This document shows positions 19,331 through 28,548 of a stretch of DNA of 64,000 bases, piece after piece. This DNA comes from Gemmatimonadota bacterium (lineage in GTDB: Bacteria > Gemmatimonadota > Gemmatimonadetes > Longimicrobiales > Gaopeijiaceae). The stretch spans positions 1-64,000 of the forward strand of contig JAXHMG010000002.1 of NCBI GenBank assembly GCA_034521595.1, read 5' to 3'. The translations under genes were made by a program, and so were the position numbers. The stretch's first letter is position 1. Each line of letters starts with the position of its first letter. The notes under the pieces were generated by a model. The model was not told where the DNA came from. It ran no database searches and was given only the letters and a program-made list of their open reading frames with translations.

Positions 19331-21931
19331 ATGATCAGAGCCGCCCTGCTCACGGTCCTGCTCTCGGCCCCGGTCGCCGCCGCCGCGCAGGCACCCACCG
19401 GATTCATGCCGGACGGGATCGACTACGACCCCGGCATCGTCACGCCGGCGGAAGCGTTCGGGCACGAGCTCGGCGAGCGGCCGACACGCTACGGTCAACT
19501 CGTATCGTATTTCGAGCACATCGCGGGCAGCTCGGACCGGGTCGCGATCGACACGCTCGGCCACTCGGTGGAAGGCCGGCCCATCGTGCGGCTCACGGTG
19601 ACCGATCCGAGCAACCACGCGCGGCTCGACGAGATCCGGGCGCGACATCTCGCGGCGACCACGCCGGACGCGAGCGGCACGGACGCCGACCTGCCCGTGG
19701 TCGTGTGGCTCGGCTTCGGGGTGCACGGTGCGGAGGCCGCGGGTCTCGAGGCTTCCGCGCCGCTCATCCATCATCTGGCGGCCGGCCGGGGCGAGGAGAT
19801 CGAGCGCGTGCTGAGCAATAGCGTCCTGCTCGTCGTCGCCGCGCTCAACCCGGACGGGCACGCCCGTCGCATCGATCATTCGCTGAGCTTCACCTCCCGG
19901 ACGGTCGTCCGGAACGGAGATCACGCCGGCCACGATCTGTGGACCCGCCAGCGCGCGAACCACTACGGCTTCGACCTGAACCGGCAGTGGCTGCTCCTCG
20001 CCCAGCAGGAGGCGCGGGTATGGGTGCCGGCATGGCACGAGTGGAAGCCGCACTTCTCGACCGACTTCCACGAGATGGGCACGACCTCGGTGCGGCCGTC
20101 CACCTATTTCTTCTCTCCGGGCGACCCCGTCCGGACGAACCGCCTGACCCCGGAACCGGTCCGCCCCCTCCTCGACCGGATCTCGGAGTACCACGAGGCC
20201 GCCCTGGACGACCGGGGAACGCTCTACTTCACGGACGAGGTCTACAACAGCTTCTACCCGGGATCGGGCTCGAGCTACCCCAACCTGAACGGGTCATTGG
20301 GCTCGCTGTTCGAGGTCGGGACCGCCCATCTGATCGAGCTCGACACGCCGCTCGGCCTCTGGTCGCTGGCCGAGAACATCGACGTGCACTTCCGGAGCAC
20401 GCTCACGAGCATCGCCGCCGCCGTCGACCTGAAGGACGAGCTCCGGAGCTACCGCGGGTCGTTCCGCGAGATCGTGCTCGAACAGGCCCGGCAGGACGAC
20501 CGGGGCGGCTTCGTGTTCGCGTCACCGGACAAGGCCCGGCTCGCCCGCTTCGTGGAGCTCCTCGAGACCCACGAGATCGAGGTGCGCGGCCTCGCGCGCG
20601 ACCTCACGTTGGACGGAGTCGAGTACCGGGCCGGGGACGCGCTCGTCGTGCCGCTCGAGCAGGAAGCCTACCTGGTGGTGCGCACCCTCTTCGACCGCGT
20701 CACCGACTTCGAGGCGCCGAGCTTCAGCGACGCGACCGCCTGGACGCTCCCGCTCACCTTCGGGCTCGACCACGCCGTCGTGCCGCAGGGCCAGATGAGC
20801 CCGGAGCTGCTGGCCGCGCGACCCGATCCCGTCCGGCCGGCTCCGCCCACGCCGGACCGCGCTTCGTACGGCTACGCCTTCTCGTGGACCGATCACTACG
20901 CGCCGCGAGCCCTCTTCCGGGTCCTGGACGCGGGCCTGATCGCGCAGGCCGCCATGGTACCGGTGACGATCGAGACCACCCGGGGCGCGGTCGAGCTCGA
21001 ACGGGGCAGCGTGTTCGTGCCGCTGGGCAGGCAGGAATCCTCCGCCGAGGACATCCATGCCCTCATGACCCGGCTGGCCGCCGAAGACGGCATCGAGGTC
21101 CACGCGGTCGCGTCCGGGAACACCCTCGACGAGGGCGCCAACTTCGGGAACGCCGGCGCGTTCGGCACGCTTCGCCGGCCGGAGGTGCTGCTGCTGTTCG
21201 AGGGCGGCGTCCAGCGCTTCGACATGGGTCACGTCTGGCACCTGCTCGACGCCCAGATGGGCATGCCGGTGGTGCTGAAGCAGAAGGACCGAATCGGTGA
21301 GATCGATTGGAGCGCCTACACGCACATCATCCTGCCCGGGGGACGCGACGTCGGCCTGAGCGAAGCGGCGACGGTCCGCCTCGACCAGTGGATCCGCGAG
21401 GAGGGCGGCACGTTCATCGCGCTCCGGCAGGGCGCGGAGTGGGCGCAGGAAGCGCTCCTCGGCCGCGCCCCGATCACCGAGCGAACGATCGCGCTCGAGC
21501 CGGGCGAGCGCTTCGACTACGAGGAACTGCGTCTCCGCCAGTCCGAGGACGTCGTCTCCGGGGCGATCTTCTCCAGCGACCTCGACGTCAGCCACCCCCT
21601 CGGCTTCGGCTTCCATCGTCGCACGCTTCCCAGCCATCGCGACACCTCGATCCGGCTGGTCACCCCGGAGAATCCGGTGGCGACGGTGGCGCGCTATCAC
21701 GACGAGCCGCTGCTGGCGGGCTATGCTTCGGAGCGCCGCCAACGGGAGATCGGCGGCTCGCCGATGCTCGTCGCCGAACGCCTGGGCGCCGGCAGCGTGG
21801 TGCTGATGACCGACAACCCCAACTTCCGCGGCGTTTACCTGGGCACGAACAAGCTGCTCATGAACGGACTGTTCTTTTCGGCCCTGTTCAACGCCCCCTC
21901 GTCACCCGGCGGCGCCAGGTTCCGGCCGTGA
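19331..21931 (+). CDS. M14 family zinc carboxypeptidase
   Basis: Signal peptide; HGAE, NPDG, DLNRQW, DFHEM zinc-site motifs. Confidence 0.88.
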   Translation: MIRAALLTVLLSAPVAAAAQAPTGFMPDGIDYDPGIVTPAEAFGHELGERPTRYGQLVSYFEHIAGSSDRVAIDTLGHSVEGRPIVRLTVTDPSNHARLDEIRARHLAATTPDASGTDADLPVVVWLGFGVHGAEAAGLEASAPLIHHLAAGRGEEIERVLSNSVLLVVAALNPDGHARRIDHSLSFTSRTVVRNGDHAGHDLWTRQRANHYGFDLNRQWLLLAQQEARVWVPAWHEWKPHFSTDFHEMGTTSVRPSTYFFSPGDPVRTNRLTPEPVRPLLDRISEYHEAALDDRGTLYFTDEVYNSFYPGSGSSYPNLNGSLGSLFEVGTAHLIELDTPLGLWSLAENIDVHFRSTLTSIAAAVDLKDELRSYRGSFREIVLEQARQDDRGGFVFASPDKARLARFVELLETHEIEVRGLARDLTLDGVEYRAGDALVVPLEQEAYLVVRTLFDRVTDFEAPSFSDATAWTLPLTFGLDHAVVPQGQMSPELLAARPDPVRPAPPTPDRASYGYAFSWTDHYAPRALFRVLDAGLIAQAAMVPVTIETTRGAVELERGSVFVPLGRQESSAEDIHALMTRLAAEDGIEVHAVASGNTLDEGANFGNAGAFGTLRRPEVLLLFEGGVQRFDMGHVWHLLDAQMGMPVVLKQKDRIGEIDWSAYTHIILPGGRDVGLSEAATVRLDQWIREEGGTFIALRQGAEWAQEALLGRAPITERTIALEPGERFDYEELRLRQSEDVVSGAIFSSDLDVSHPLGFGFHRRTLPSHRDTSIRLVTPENPVATVARYHDEPLLAGYASERRQREIGGSPMLVAERLGAGSVVLMTDNPNFRGVYLGTNKLLMNGLFFSALFNAPSSPGGARFRP

Positions 21932-21988
21932 AGCGCGCCCGCGAACGCACGGAAGACGCCGAACGCACGCACAGAAAAGGACACGACC

Positions 21989-23992
21989 ATGCGCAAGACG
22001 ACGAACGGAGCCGAGCTCCGCGGGAAGGCATCCCTCCTCGGCCTGGCTGTCCTGAGCCCGGCCGTTCTGGGCCTCTCCGCGTGCGTCGACGCCGAGGAGG
22101 ACTTCACCCGGTACGAGGCGGACGTGTTCTTCGAGACCGTGAGCTACGGCCTCGCCGGTGAGGGCGGCCACGCGTTCTCTCCGGACGGCTCGCGACTGCT
22201 CATCAACTCCGACGAGACCGGCGTCTTCAACGCCTACGCGCTGGACATCGCGACCCGGCAGGCCGAGCCGCTCAGCGACTCCGAGTCGAACGCGATCTTC
22301 GCCGTCTCCTGGTTCCCCGACGACGACCGGGTGCTCCTCACCGGCGACGTGGGCGGCAACGAGCACAACAGCGTCTTCGTGCGTGATCCCGACGGCACGC
22401 TCCACGACCTGCTTCCTCCGGGCGACTACGAGGTCGCCGGCCAGCAGTCCGGACTCCGCTTCGAAGCCTGGCAGGAGGACGGAGAGGCCTTCTTCCTGAC
22501 CTCCACGGAGCGCGACCCTCAGCTCGCCGACCTGTACCGCTACGACGCCGAGACCTACGAGCGGGAGAGGGTCTTCCGGAACACCCGCGACCGCCCCTTC
22601 CCCACCCGCGGCTTCCACGTGAGCCCGGACGGACGCTGGCTCTCGTTGGATTTCCACCACACCCGCTACGACTTCGACATCTACCTCGTGGACCTGCACA
22701 GCGAGGAACGGCAGCCGGAGCTGATTCTGTCCCACGACGAGGAGGTCGTGTACCGGGGCATGGGCTTCACGCCCGACAGCCGCAGGCTGATCTACGGGAC
22801 CGACGAGCACGGCGAGTTCATGGATGCGTGGACCTACGACCTCGAGACCGGCGAGACCGCGCCCCTCGTGGTCGCCGACTGGGACATCACCCAGACCCGC
22901 ACCAACCTGGACTACGGCATCACGTACTCGCCGGACGGCCGGTACCGCGTGGACATCCACAACGTGGACGCCCGCAACGAGGTGAGCGTCACCGACACCC
23001 GGAGCGAGGAGGAGCTGGACCTCTCGTTTCTGCCCGACGGCATGGTCAGCAGCCCACGCTTCGAGCCCGGGACCGGGCGGCTCGCCGTCGAGCTCGAGCG
23101 GGACACCCGGCCCACCGACGTCTTCCTGCTGGACCTCGAAGCGCGCTCGGCCGAGCGGCTGACCGAAGCGCTCAACCCGGCCGTCGCTGAAGCGCACCTC
23201 GTGGAGAGTGAGGTCGTGCGGTTCGAGAGCTACGACGGCCTGGAGATCCCCGGACTCCTCTACCGGCCGCACGAGGCGAGCGCCGAGACCCCGGCTCCGG
23301 CGATGGTCTGGGTGCACGGCGGCCCCGGTGCTCAGAGCCGGCAGGGATACAGCCCCGTCATCCAGTTCCTGGTCAATCAGGGCTACGCGATCTACGCCAT
23401 CAACAACCGGGGCTCGAAGGGATACGGCAGGACGTTCCGCGAGATGGACCGGCGCAAGCACGGCGAAGCCGACCTGGGCGACGTCGTCGCCTCGCGGGGC
23501 TACCTGGAGTCCATCGACTGGATCGACGACGACCGGATCGGCGTGATGGGTGCCTCGTTCGGCGGATACCTCACCCTCGCCGCCATGACCTTCGAGCCCG
23601 AGGTCTTCGATGTCGGGATCAGCATCGTCGGGTACTCGGACGTCATCGGAAACATCACGGCGGGCGGCTGGCGGCTGCCGCGGCTACCGGCGGCCTACGA
23701 CGAGATGGGCCATCCGGAGGAGGACGCCGAGCGGCTCCGCAGGGTGTCGCCGCTCTACGCCGCCGACCGCATCGCACGCCCGCTCTTCGTCGCCGCCGGA
23801 GCGAACGACGTGCGCGTGCCGATCGATCAGAACGACCGCCTGGTGGAGGCGGCCCGTGAGGCCGGGGTCGACGTGGAGTATCTGGTCTTCGAGGACGAGG
23901 GCCACGGCTTCCGCAAGCGCGAGAACCGGATCACCGCGGCCGAGGCCTACGTCGACTTCCTCGACCGGTTCTTGAGGGGGGAGGGGATGTAA
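21989..23992 (+). CDS. S9 family peptidase (lipoprotein)
   Basis: Beta-propeller N-terminus; VHGGP, GASFGG, GANDVRV, EGHG triad motifs. Confidence 0.92.
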   Translation: MRKTTNGAELRGKASLLGLAVLSPAVLGLSACVDAEEDFTRYEADVFFETVSYGLAGEGGHAFSPDGSRLLINSDETGVFNAYALDIATRQAEPLSDSESNAIFAVSWFPDDDRVLLTGDVGGNEHNSVFVRDPDGTLHDLLPPGDYEVAGQQSGLRFEAWQEDGEAFFLTSTERDPQLADLYRYDAETYERERVFRNTRDRPFPTRGFHVSPDGRWLSLDFHHTRYDFDIYLVDLHSEERQPELILSHDEEVVYRGMGFTPDSRRLIYGTDEHGEFMDAWTYDLETGETAPLVVADWDITQTRTNLDYGITYSPDGRYRVDIHNVDARNEVSVTDTRSEEELDLSFLPDGMVSSPRFEPGTGRLAVELERDTRPTDVFLLDLEARSAERLTEALNPAVAEAHLVESEVVRFESYDGLEIPGLLYRPHEASAETPAPAMVWVHGGPGAQSRQGYSPVIQFLVNQGYAIYAINNRGSKGYGRTFREMDRRKHGEADLGDVVASRGYLESIDWIDDDRIGVMGASFGGYLTLAAMTFEPEVFDVGISIVGYSDVIGNITAGGWRLPRLPAAYDEMGHPEEDAERLRRVSPLYAADRIARPLFVAAGANDVRVPIDQNDRLVEAAREAGVDVEYLVFEDEGHGFRKRENRITAAEAYVDFLDRFLRGEGM

Positions 23993-24024
23993 CGGACGGG
24001 CACCACCACGCGAGCGCCCCCGCA

Positions 24025-24766
24025 GTGTCCGGCGGCGCGTCCCCGGGGAAGTTGGACCGGAGCGGAGACGAGCTCGGCCCCCACCGGCTGATCCGGCGCA
24101 TCGCCCGGGGCGGCATGACGTCGGTCTATCTCGGCCAGCGCTCGAACGGTGCTTGGAGTCAGCAGGTGGCCGTGAAAGTCATCCGGCAGGGGCTGGACAC
24201 CGAAGATCTTCTGGCACGGTTCCGTGCCGACCGGCAGATCCTGTCTTCCCTGTTCCACCCCAACGTCGGGCGCCTGCTCGACGGCGGCGCCACCCCAGAC
24301 GGTCAGCCATACCTCGTGATGGAGTACGTCGACGGTCCGCCCGTCACGGAGTACTGCGACCAGGCGCGGCTCGGCATCGAAGAAAGACTCCGGCTGTTCG
24401 AGCAGGTCGGCAAGGCCGAGCCGCACCTCGAGTGGGCCATCGAGCGGACCGTGGCCGCGTACGGCCTGGAAAGCCGCCTGACCGCCGTCATGTTGGAAGA
24501 GATGGGCCGGCTCCGCACGGACCAGGGCCGGCTCGACGAAGCCGAGCGTCTACTCGAGGAAGTCGGGGAGCGGCACGCCGTCTCGTACGACGCCACGGAC
24601 TTGCGCCGTGTGGCCTGGGCCGTCAGCATGGCGGAGCTCCGCCACCGCCAAGGACGCTCGGGCGCTCCTCCTCGAGTACCAGGGCACGCTGCGCGACGCC
24701 GGGATGAGGGAGGACGCAGTGTTCAGACGGGTGAGCGAGGCGATCGACGGGATCACCGGCGGCTGA
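24025..24766 (+). pseudogene. Collapsed Ser/Thr kinase-TPR gene
   Basis: Kinase subdomains I-V (IARGGMTSVYL, VAVK, HPNVGRLLDGG, YLVMEYVDG) jump straight to TPR-like text; no HRD/DFG; C-terminus in another frame ending TGA at 24766. Confidence 0.8.
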
Positions 24767-24795
24767 CGGCAGCCGCCACCAAAACGTCTCGTCGA

Positions 24796-25302
24796 TCAGC
24801 GCTGGAGAGGCCGGACGTCCACCACGTCCTCGATGTGCCCGTCGTCGTCCAGGTGCAGGATCATGGAGTCGGCGGATCGGAGGCGCTCCAGCAGCGCCTG
24901 CTCGATCCGGAACCAGTCGCGCACGTCGGCATCGTCGAGGGGCGGCGCCTCCTCTCGACGCTCGTTTCCACGAAACCGGCGCACGTTGTAGCGGGACCAG
25001 ACCAGAAGCGTGCCGCCCAGCACGATCACCACGGCCAAGTACGTGAGCACCACCATCGTCATGGTCCGGGCGTCCGGAATCACGATCTCCCGCACGAAGA
25101 TGCGAACGCCGAAGTACCACCCGATCAGAGAGACGAGCGGGAGCCACAGGTACACCCACGCGACCCAGGCGATGAGCGTGAGGCTCGAATAAATGATCCT
25201 CTGGGGATCGCGCTGGAGCTCGGGCCGGTCGACCACGAGGTCGCGGCTCTGAGGCTCGGGGCGGGCCCGTGGCTCAGGGCGGGAGGGACGGGTGTCGCTC
25301 AT
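24796..25302 (-). CDS. pgaD: PNAG biosynthesis protein PgaD
   Basis: LTLIAW..W.YLWLPL, WSRYNVRRFRG.ERR motif; downstream of pgaC. Confidence 0.88.
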   Translation of the reverse strand: MSDTRPSRPEPRARPEPQSRDLVVDRPELQRDPQRIIYSSLTLIAWVAWVYLWLPLVSLIGWYFGVRIFVREIVIPDARTMTMVVLTYLAVVIVLGGTLLVWSRYNVRRFRGNERREEAPPLDDADVRDWFRIEQALLERLRSADSMILHLDDDGHIEDVVDVRPLQR

Positions 25303-26570
25303 GTGGGTTTGAGTCCCCGGTCGGGGCTCACCCAGACCGCACGACCTCTCCGTCGTCGCAGAAGCGCCTTTGGTACCGCGAAGACCGTGGTGAGCACGCT
25401 GATCATCCAGAACGCGATGGGATACCAGATCATCCAGTAGTAATAGCGTCCCAGACCCTTCTCGTACCGTCCGTCGATGCCCAGGCTAACCGCGAACTGG
25501 AGTAGACAGGTGAAGCCCAGCAGCACCCCGTACCACTCCGGCAGGAGCGACGACACCCGGATCGCTTCCGGCAGATCCACCACAAAGCCCAGAGCCCAGA
25601 GCACCACCGTGGCGGCCATCAGGAAAGCCCAGACGAGCGAAAGCGTGTGCTCGACCGGTACCCCCCACATGCGGCGGCGGCGCCAGCTGAGCAGGCTGGA
25701 GCCGTACTTCAGCAGGACCTCCACGCCGCCCTGCGCCCATCGGATCCGCTGGCGCCACAGCCCCTTGAGCGTCTCGGGCATGAGGATCCAGCACAGCGCG
25801 TTGGGTTCGTAGCGCACGTCCCAATGGTCGCGCTGGAGGGCCCAGCTCACGTCGATGTCCTCGGTGATCATGTCGGTGGACCAGTATCCGATCCGGTGAA
25901 GTGCGGTCTTCCGGATGCCCGTCACGACGCCGCTCACGGTGAAGACCCGGCCGTAGATCCGCTGGGTTCGCTTGATCAGCCCGATGATGGCGGAGAACTC
26001 GCCGACCTGAACCTTGCCCAGCAGCGTCGACCGAGTCCGGATGCGCGGGTTGCCCGTCACCGCGCCGACCCGCGGGCCGCGCACGAAGTGTCGCGCGATC
26101 CAGGTCGTGGCGTGCGGATCCAGGAGCGCGTCGCCGTCGATGCAGACCAGGATTTCCCCGCGCGACGCGACCGCGCCCATGCGCAGCCCCACCGCCTTGC
26201 CCTGGTTCTCGGCATGGTGGATCACCCGGAGCCCGGGATTCGCGGCCTGCATCTCGTCCAGGATCTCACCGGTGCGATCCGTGCTCCCGTCGTTGATGGC
26301 GATCACCTCGAAGTCGGGATACTCCTGGGCCAGTGCCCACGTCACCGTGTCGTGGACGTTGTCTTCTTCGTCGAAGCAGGGGATCAGGATGGAGACCGAC
26401 GGGACGACGTCGAGTTTCGGCGGATCGTCCGGCGCGCCCTCCTTCCGCTCCCAGTGGAAGTAGTAGTAGACGCCCCCGATCATCCAGATATAGGCCATGA
26501 ACAGGGGGTAGTAGAAGACGAAGTCCAGGAGCACGCTCGAAAAGCTGAACAGCTGCAGCGCTTCCAGCAT
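25299..26570 (-). CDS. pgaC: PNAG synthase PgaC (GT2)
   Basis: FYYPLFMAYIW, NDGSTD, IDGDALL, TGNPRIR, TEDIDVSW, QRIRW. Confidence 0.95.
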   Translation of the reverse strand: MLEALQLFSFSSVLLDFVFYYPLFMAYIWMIGGVYYYFHWERKEGAPDDPPKLDVVPSVSILIPCFDEEDNVHDTVTWALAQEYPDFEVIAINDGSTDRTGEILDEMQAANPGLRVIHHAENQGKAVGLRMGAVASRGEILVCIDGDALLDPHATTWIARHFVRGPRVGAVTGNPRIRTRSTLLGKVQVGEFSAIIGLIKRTQRIYGRVFTVSGVVTGIRKTALHRIGYWSTDMITEDIDVSWALQRDHWDVRYEPNALCWILMPETLKGLWRQRIRWAQGGVEVLLKYGSSLLSWRRRRMWGVPVEHTLSLVWAFLMAATVVLWALGFVVDLPEAIRVSSLLPEWYGVLLGFTCLLQFAVSLGIDGRYEKGLGRYYYWMIWYPIAFWMISVLTTVFAVPKALLRRRRGRAVWVSPDRGLKPT

Positions 26571-28531
26571 CAGGGGGCCCTCCAGGGATCGGTTTCCACC
26601 GAGAGCGCCTCCCGGATGGGACCGAGCTCGGGAAGCCCGCGGATGAAGTCGTCGGGGTAGTAGCCGAAGTGGAGGCCGCCCTGGCTTTCCAGTCGCCGCA
26701 TCCACTCCGCCATCTCGGCGGCCGGCACCGGAGTGCCGGTACGCCAGTCGACGCTCTGCACCTCGAAGACGGTCCCCTCGAGCCCACCGGAAACCGCCGC
26801 CACCCGCTCCAGCAGCCGGTCCAGCCAGGCGACCGGATCGCTCGCGCCTTCCATGTAGGGCATGGCCATGACGGCCGTATGATCGTAGTGCTCGAGCGAC
26901 CGCGTGAAGCTCTGCGCGAACCACGCCTCGCTCTCGGGCTCCAGAACCACCCGGGCGTAGAGGTTCCGCGCGGTGAGCATGGATGGACGCCAGCTCCGCA
27001 CGACGCCGGCCAGCTCATCGCCGAAGTCCAGGAGCGCCGTGGTGCGTTCCCGGGCCGAAGGCAGCCGCCCGGGGTCGTCCGGATACGCCGACGCGTCCTC
27101 CCGGTCATTCAGGTAGGCGTCGTCGTGGAAGAGGATGCCGTCGAAGGCCGCGTGCACGGCGAGATCTTCGAAGAGCTCGCGAATGATCCGACGCGCCTCG
27201 GGCTCCCAGGGAGAAAGACGGCGGTAGTCCGGACGGCTCGGTACGGCCCGATCGCCCTCCCAGCGCTTCACCGAGAGCGCATCGTTCAGCGCCTGATCGC
27301 CCAGATCGAAGGCCAGCATCGGCATCCATGCGAACACCCGGACCCCGACCCGCGTTCGGAGCTGCCAGGCCACGCGGTTGAAGAGGTCGGCCCTCATGGG
27401 AAGATGGCGGTTCGGGAAGTAGAGCGAAGTTGCCGTGCCGTCGCCCGTCGGGTCGGCGAAGGCCTGCAGGTAGACGTGCGACGGGCCGATGGCCTGAATC
27501 CGGTCCAGGAGCACGTCCAGATTCCGCTCCATCTGCACGGGATCGTCGTCGTAGACGTAGTCGAGGTCGACGTGGACCACCCGCACGGGCGAGGTCGCGT
27601 CCATGGAGCGCCTGAGGAAGAACGCGAGCTCCTCGACGCTCGGGTTCCCGGTCAACAGGTACCGGCGTACCCCGCTCAGATCGTCGAGGACGTGGTCCCC
27701 CGACGCCAGCCCGAGGGAGACGGTCATGCCCAGCTCGGCGGCGATGGCCTCGGTCACGGGGCTGTATTCCCCGTAGGGCCAGACCACGATTCGGGGTGGA
27801 CGGCCCAGCTCTTCGGAGATCCGGCTCGCCGCCGTGCTCAGGTCCGTCTCGATGCGGCGGCGGTATTCGGACTCGGACTCGTATGCCCCCGACACGGGGT
27901 CGAACACTCTCGTGACGGCTGCGGGCTGCTCGTTTCCGAAGGGGTTGCCGAGCACCCCGCGGTGCAGGTCGTGCGAGTGCGTGGCGACCTCGACGAGTCC
28001 GGAGCCCTCCATCTCGCGAAGCTGTTCCCACGTCACGAAATCGTCGGCGTCGAGCGTACCCTTGCCATCGTACTCCAGCGTCCATCCGTCGGGAGCATCG
28101 AGCCAGGAGCCCACCACCGCCACCACGGCCGGGTATTCGTAGAGCTTCAGCAGGGGGAAGACGCGGGTGTAGACGCTCCGGAGCCCGTCGTCGAAGGTGA
28201 GCAGCACGGGCTTCTCGGGGAGGTCCCCGGAGCCGTCGACCGCCGCCTGGAGCCGCTCCACGCTCACCGGGGTGTACCCTTCGGCGCGCAGCCACTCGAA
28301 GTGGGCGATCAGGTGCTCGGTGGAGATCGCGAAGCGATCCGGGTCCACCGAGCCGGACACGTCGTCGCGCACGTCATGGTACGAGATCACCTTCACGGTG
28401 GGCATCGCGGTCGGGCCCGCGGCTTCGGGGCCCGGGGACGGCGGAGGGAGCTGCGGATCAGGGCCGGGCTGGCAGCCGCCGAAACCAGCGACGGCCAGGA
28501 GCGTCAGAACGGCGAGGCCCCGCGGACGCAT
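26570..28531 (-). CDS. pgaB: PNAG N-deacetylase/hydrolase PgaB (lipoprotein)
   Basis: YHDV, LLTFDDG, HSHDLH, WPYG, HVDLDYVYD, YFPNRHLPMRADLFNRVAWQL. Confidence 0.95.
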   Translation of the reverse strand: MRPRGLAVLTLLAVAGFGGCQPGPDPQLPPPSPGPEAAGPTAMPTVKVISYHDVRDDVSGSVDPDRFAISTEHLIAHFEWLRAEGYTPVSVERLQAAVDGSGDLPEKPVLLTFDDGLRSVYTRVFPLLKLYEYPAVVAVVGSWLDAPDGWTLEYDGKGTLDADDFVTWEQLREMEGSGLVEVATHSHDLHRGVLGNPFGNEQPAAVTRVFDPVSGAYESESEYRRRIETDLSTAASRISEELGRPPRIVVWPYGEYSPVTEAIAAELGMTVSLGLASGDHVLDDLSGVRRYLLTGNPSVEELAFFLRRSMDATSPVRVVHVDLDYVYDDDPVQMERNLDVLLDRIQAIGPSHVYLQAFADPTGDGTATSLYFPNRHLPMRADLFNRVAWQLRTRVGVRVFAWMPMLAFDLGDQALNDALSVKRWEGDRAVPSRPDYRRLSPWEPEARRIIRELFEDLAVHAAFDGILFHDDAYLNDREDASAYPDDPGRLPSARERTTALLDFGDELAGVVRSWRPSMLTARNLYARVVLEPESEAWFAQSFTRSLEHYDHTAVMAMPYMEGASDPVAWLDRLLERVAAVSGGLEGTVFEVQSVDWRTGTPVPAAEMAEWMRRLESQGGLHFGYYPDDFIRGLPELGPIREALSVETDPWRAP

Positions 28532-28548
28532 CGAAGGGCGCGGACCCC

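Noticed and set aside
24025-25440. 471-aa kinase ORF as an intact gene
   Set aside because: Lacks catalytic motifs; the tail is read-through antisense to pgaD
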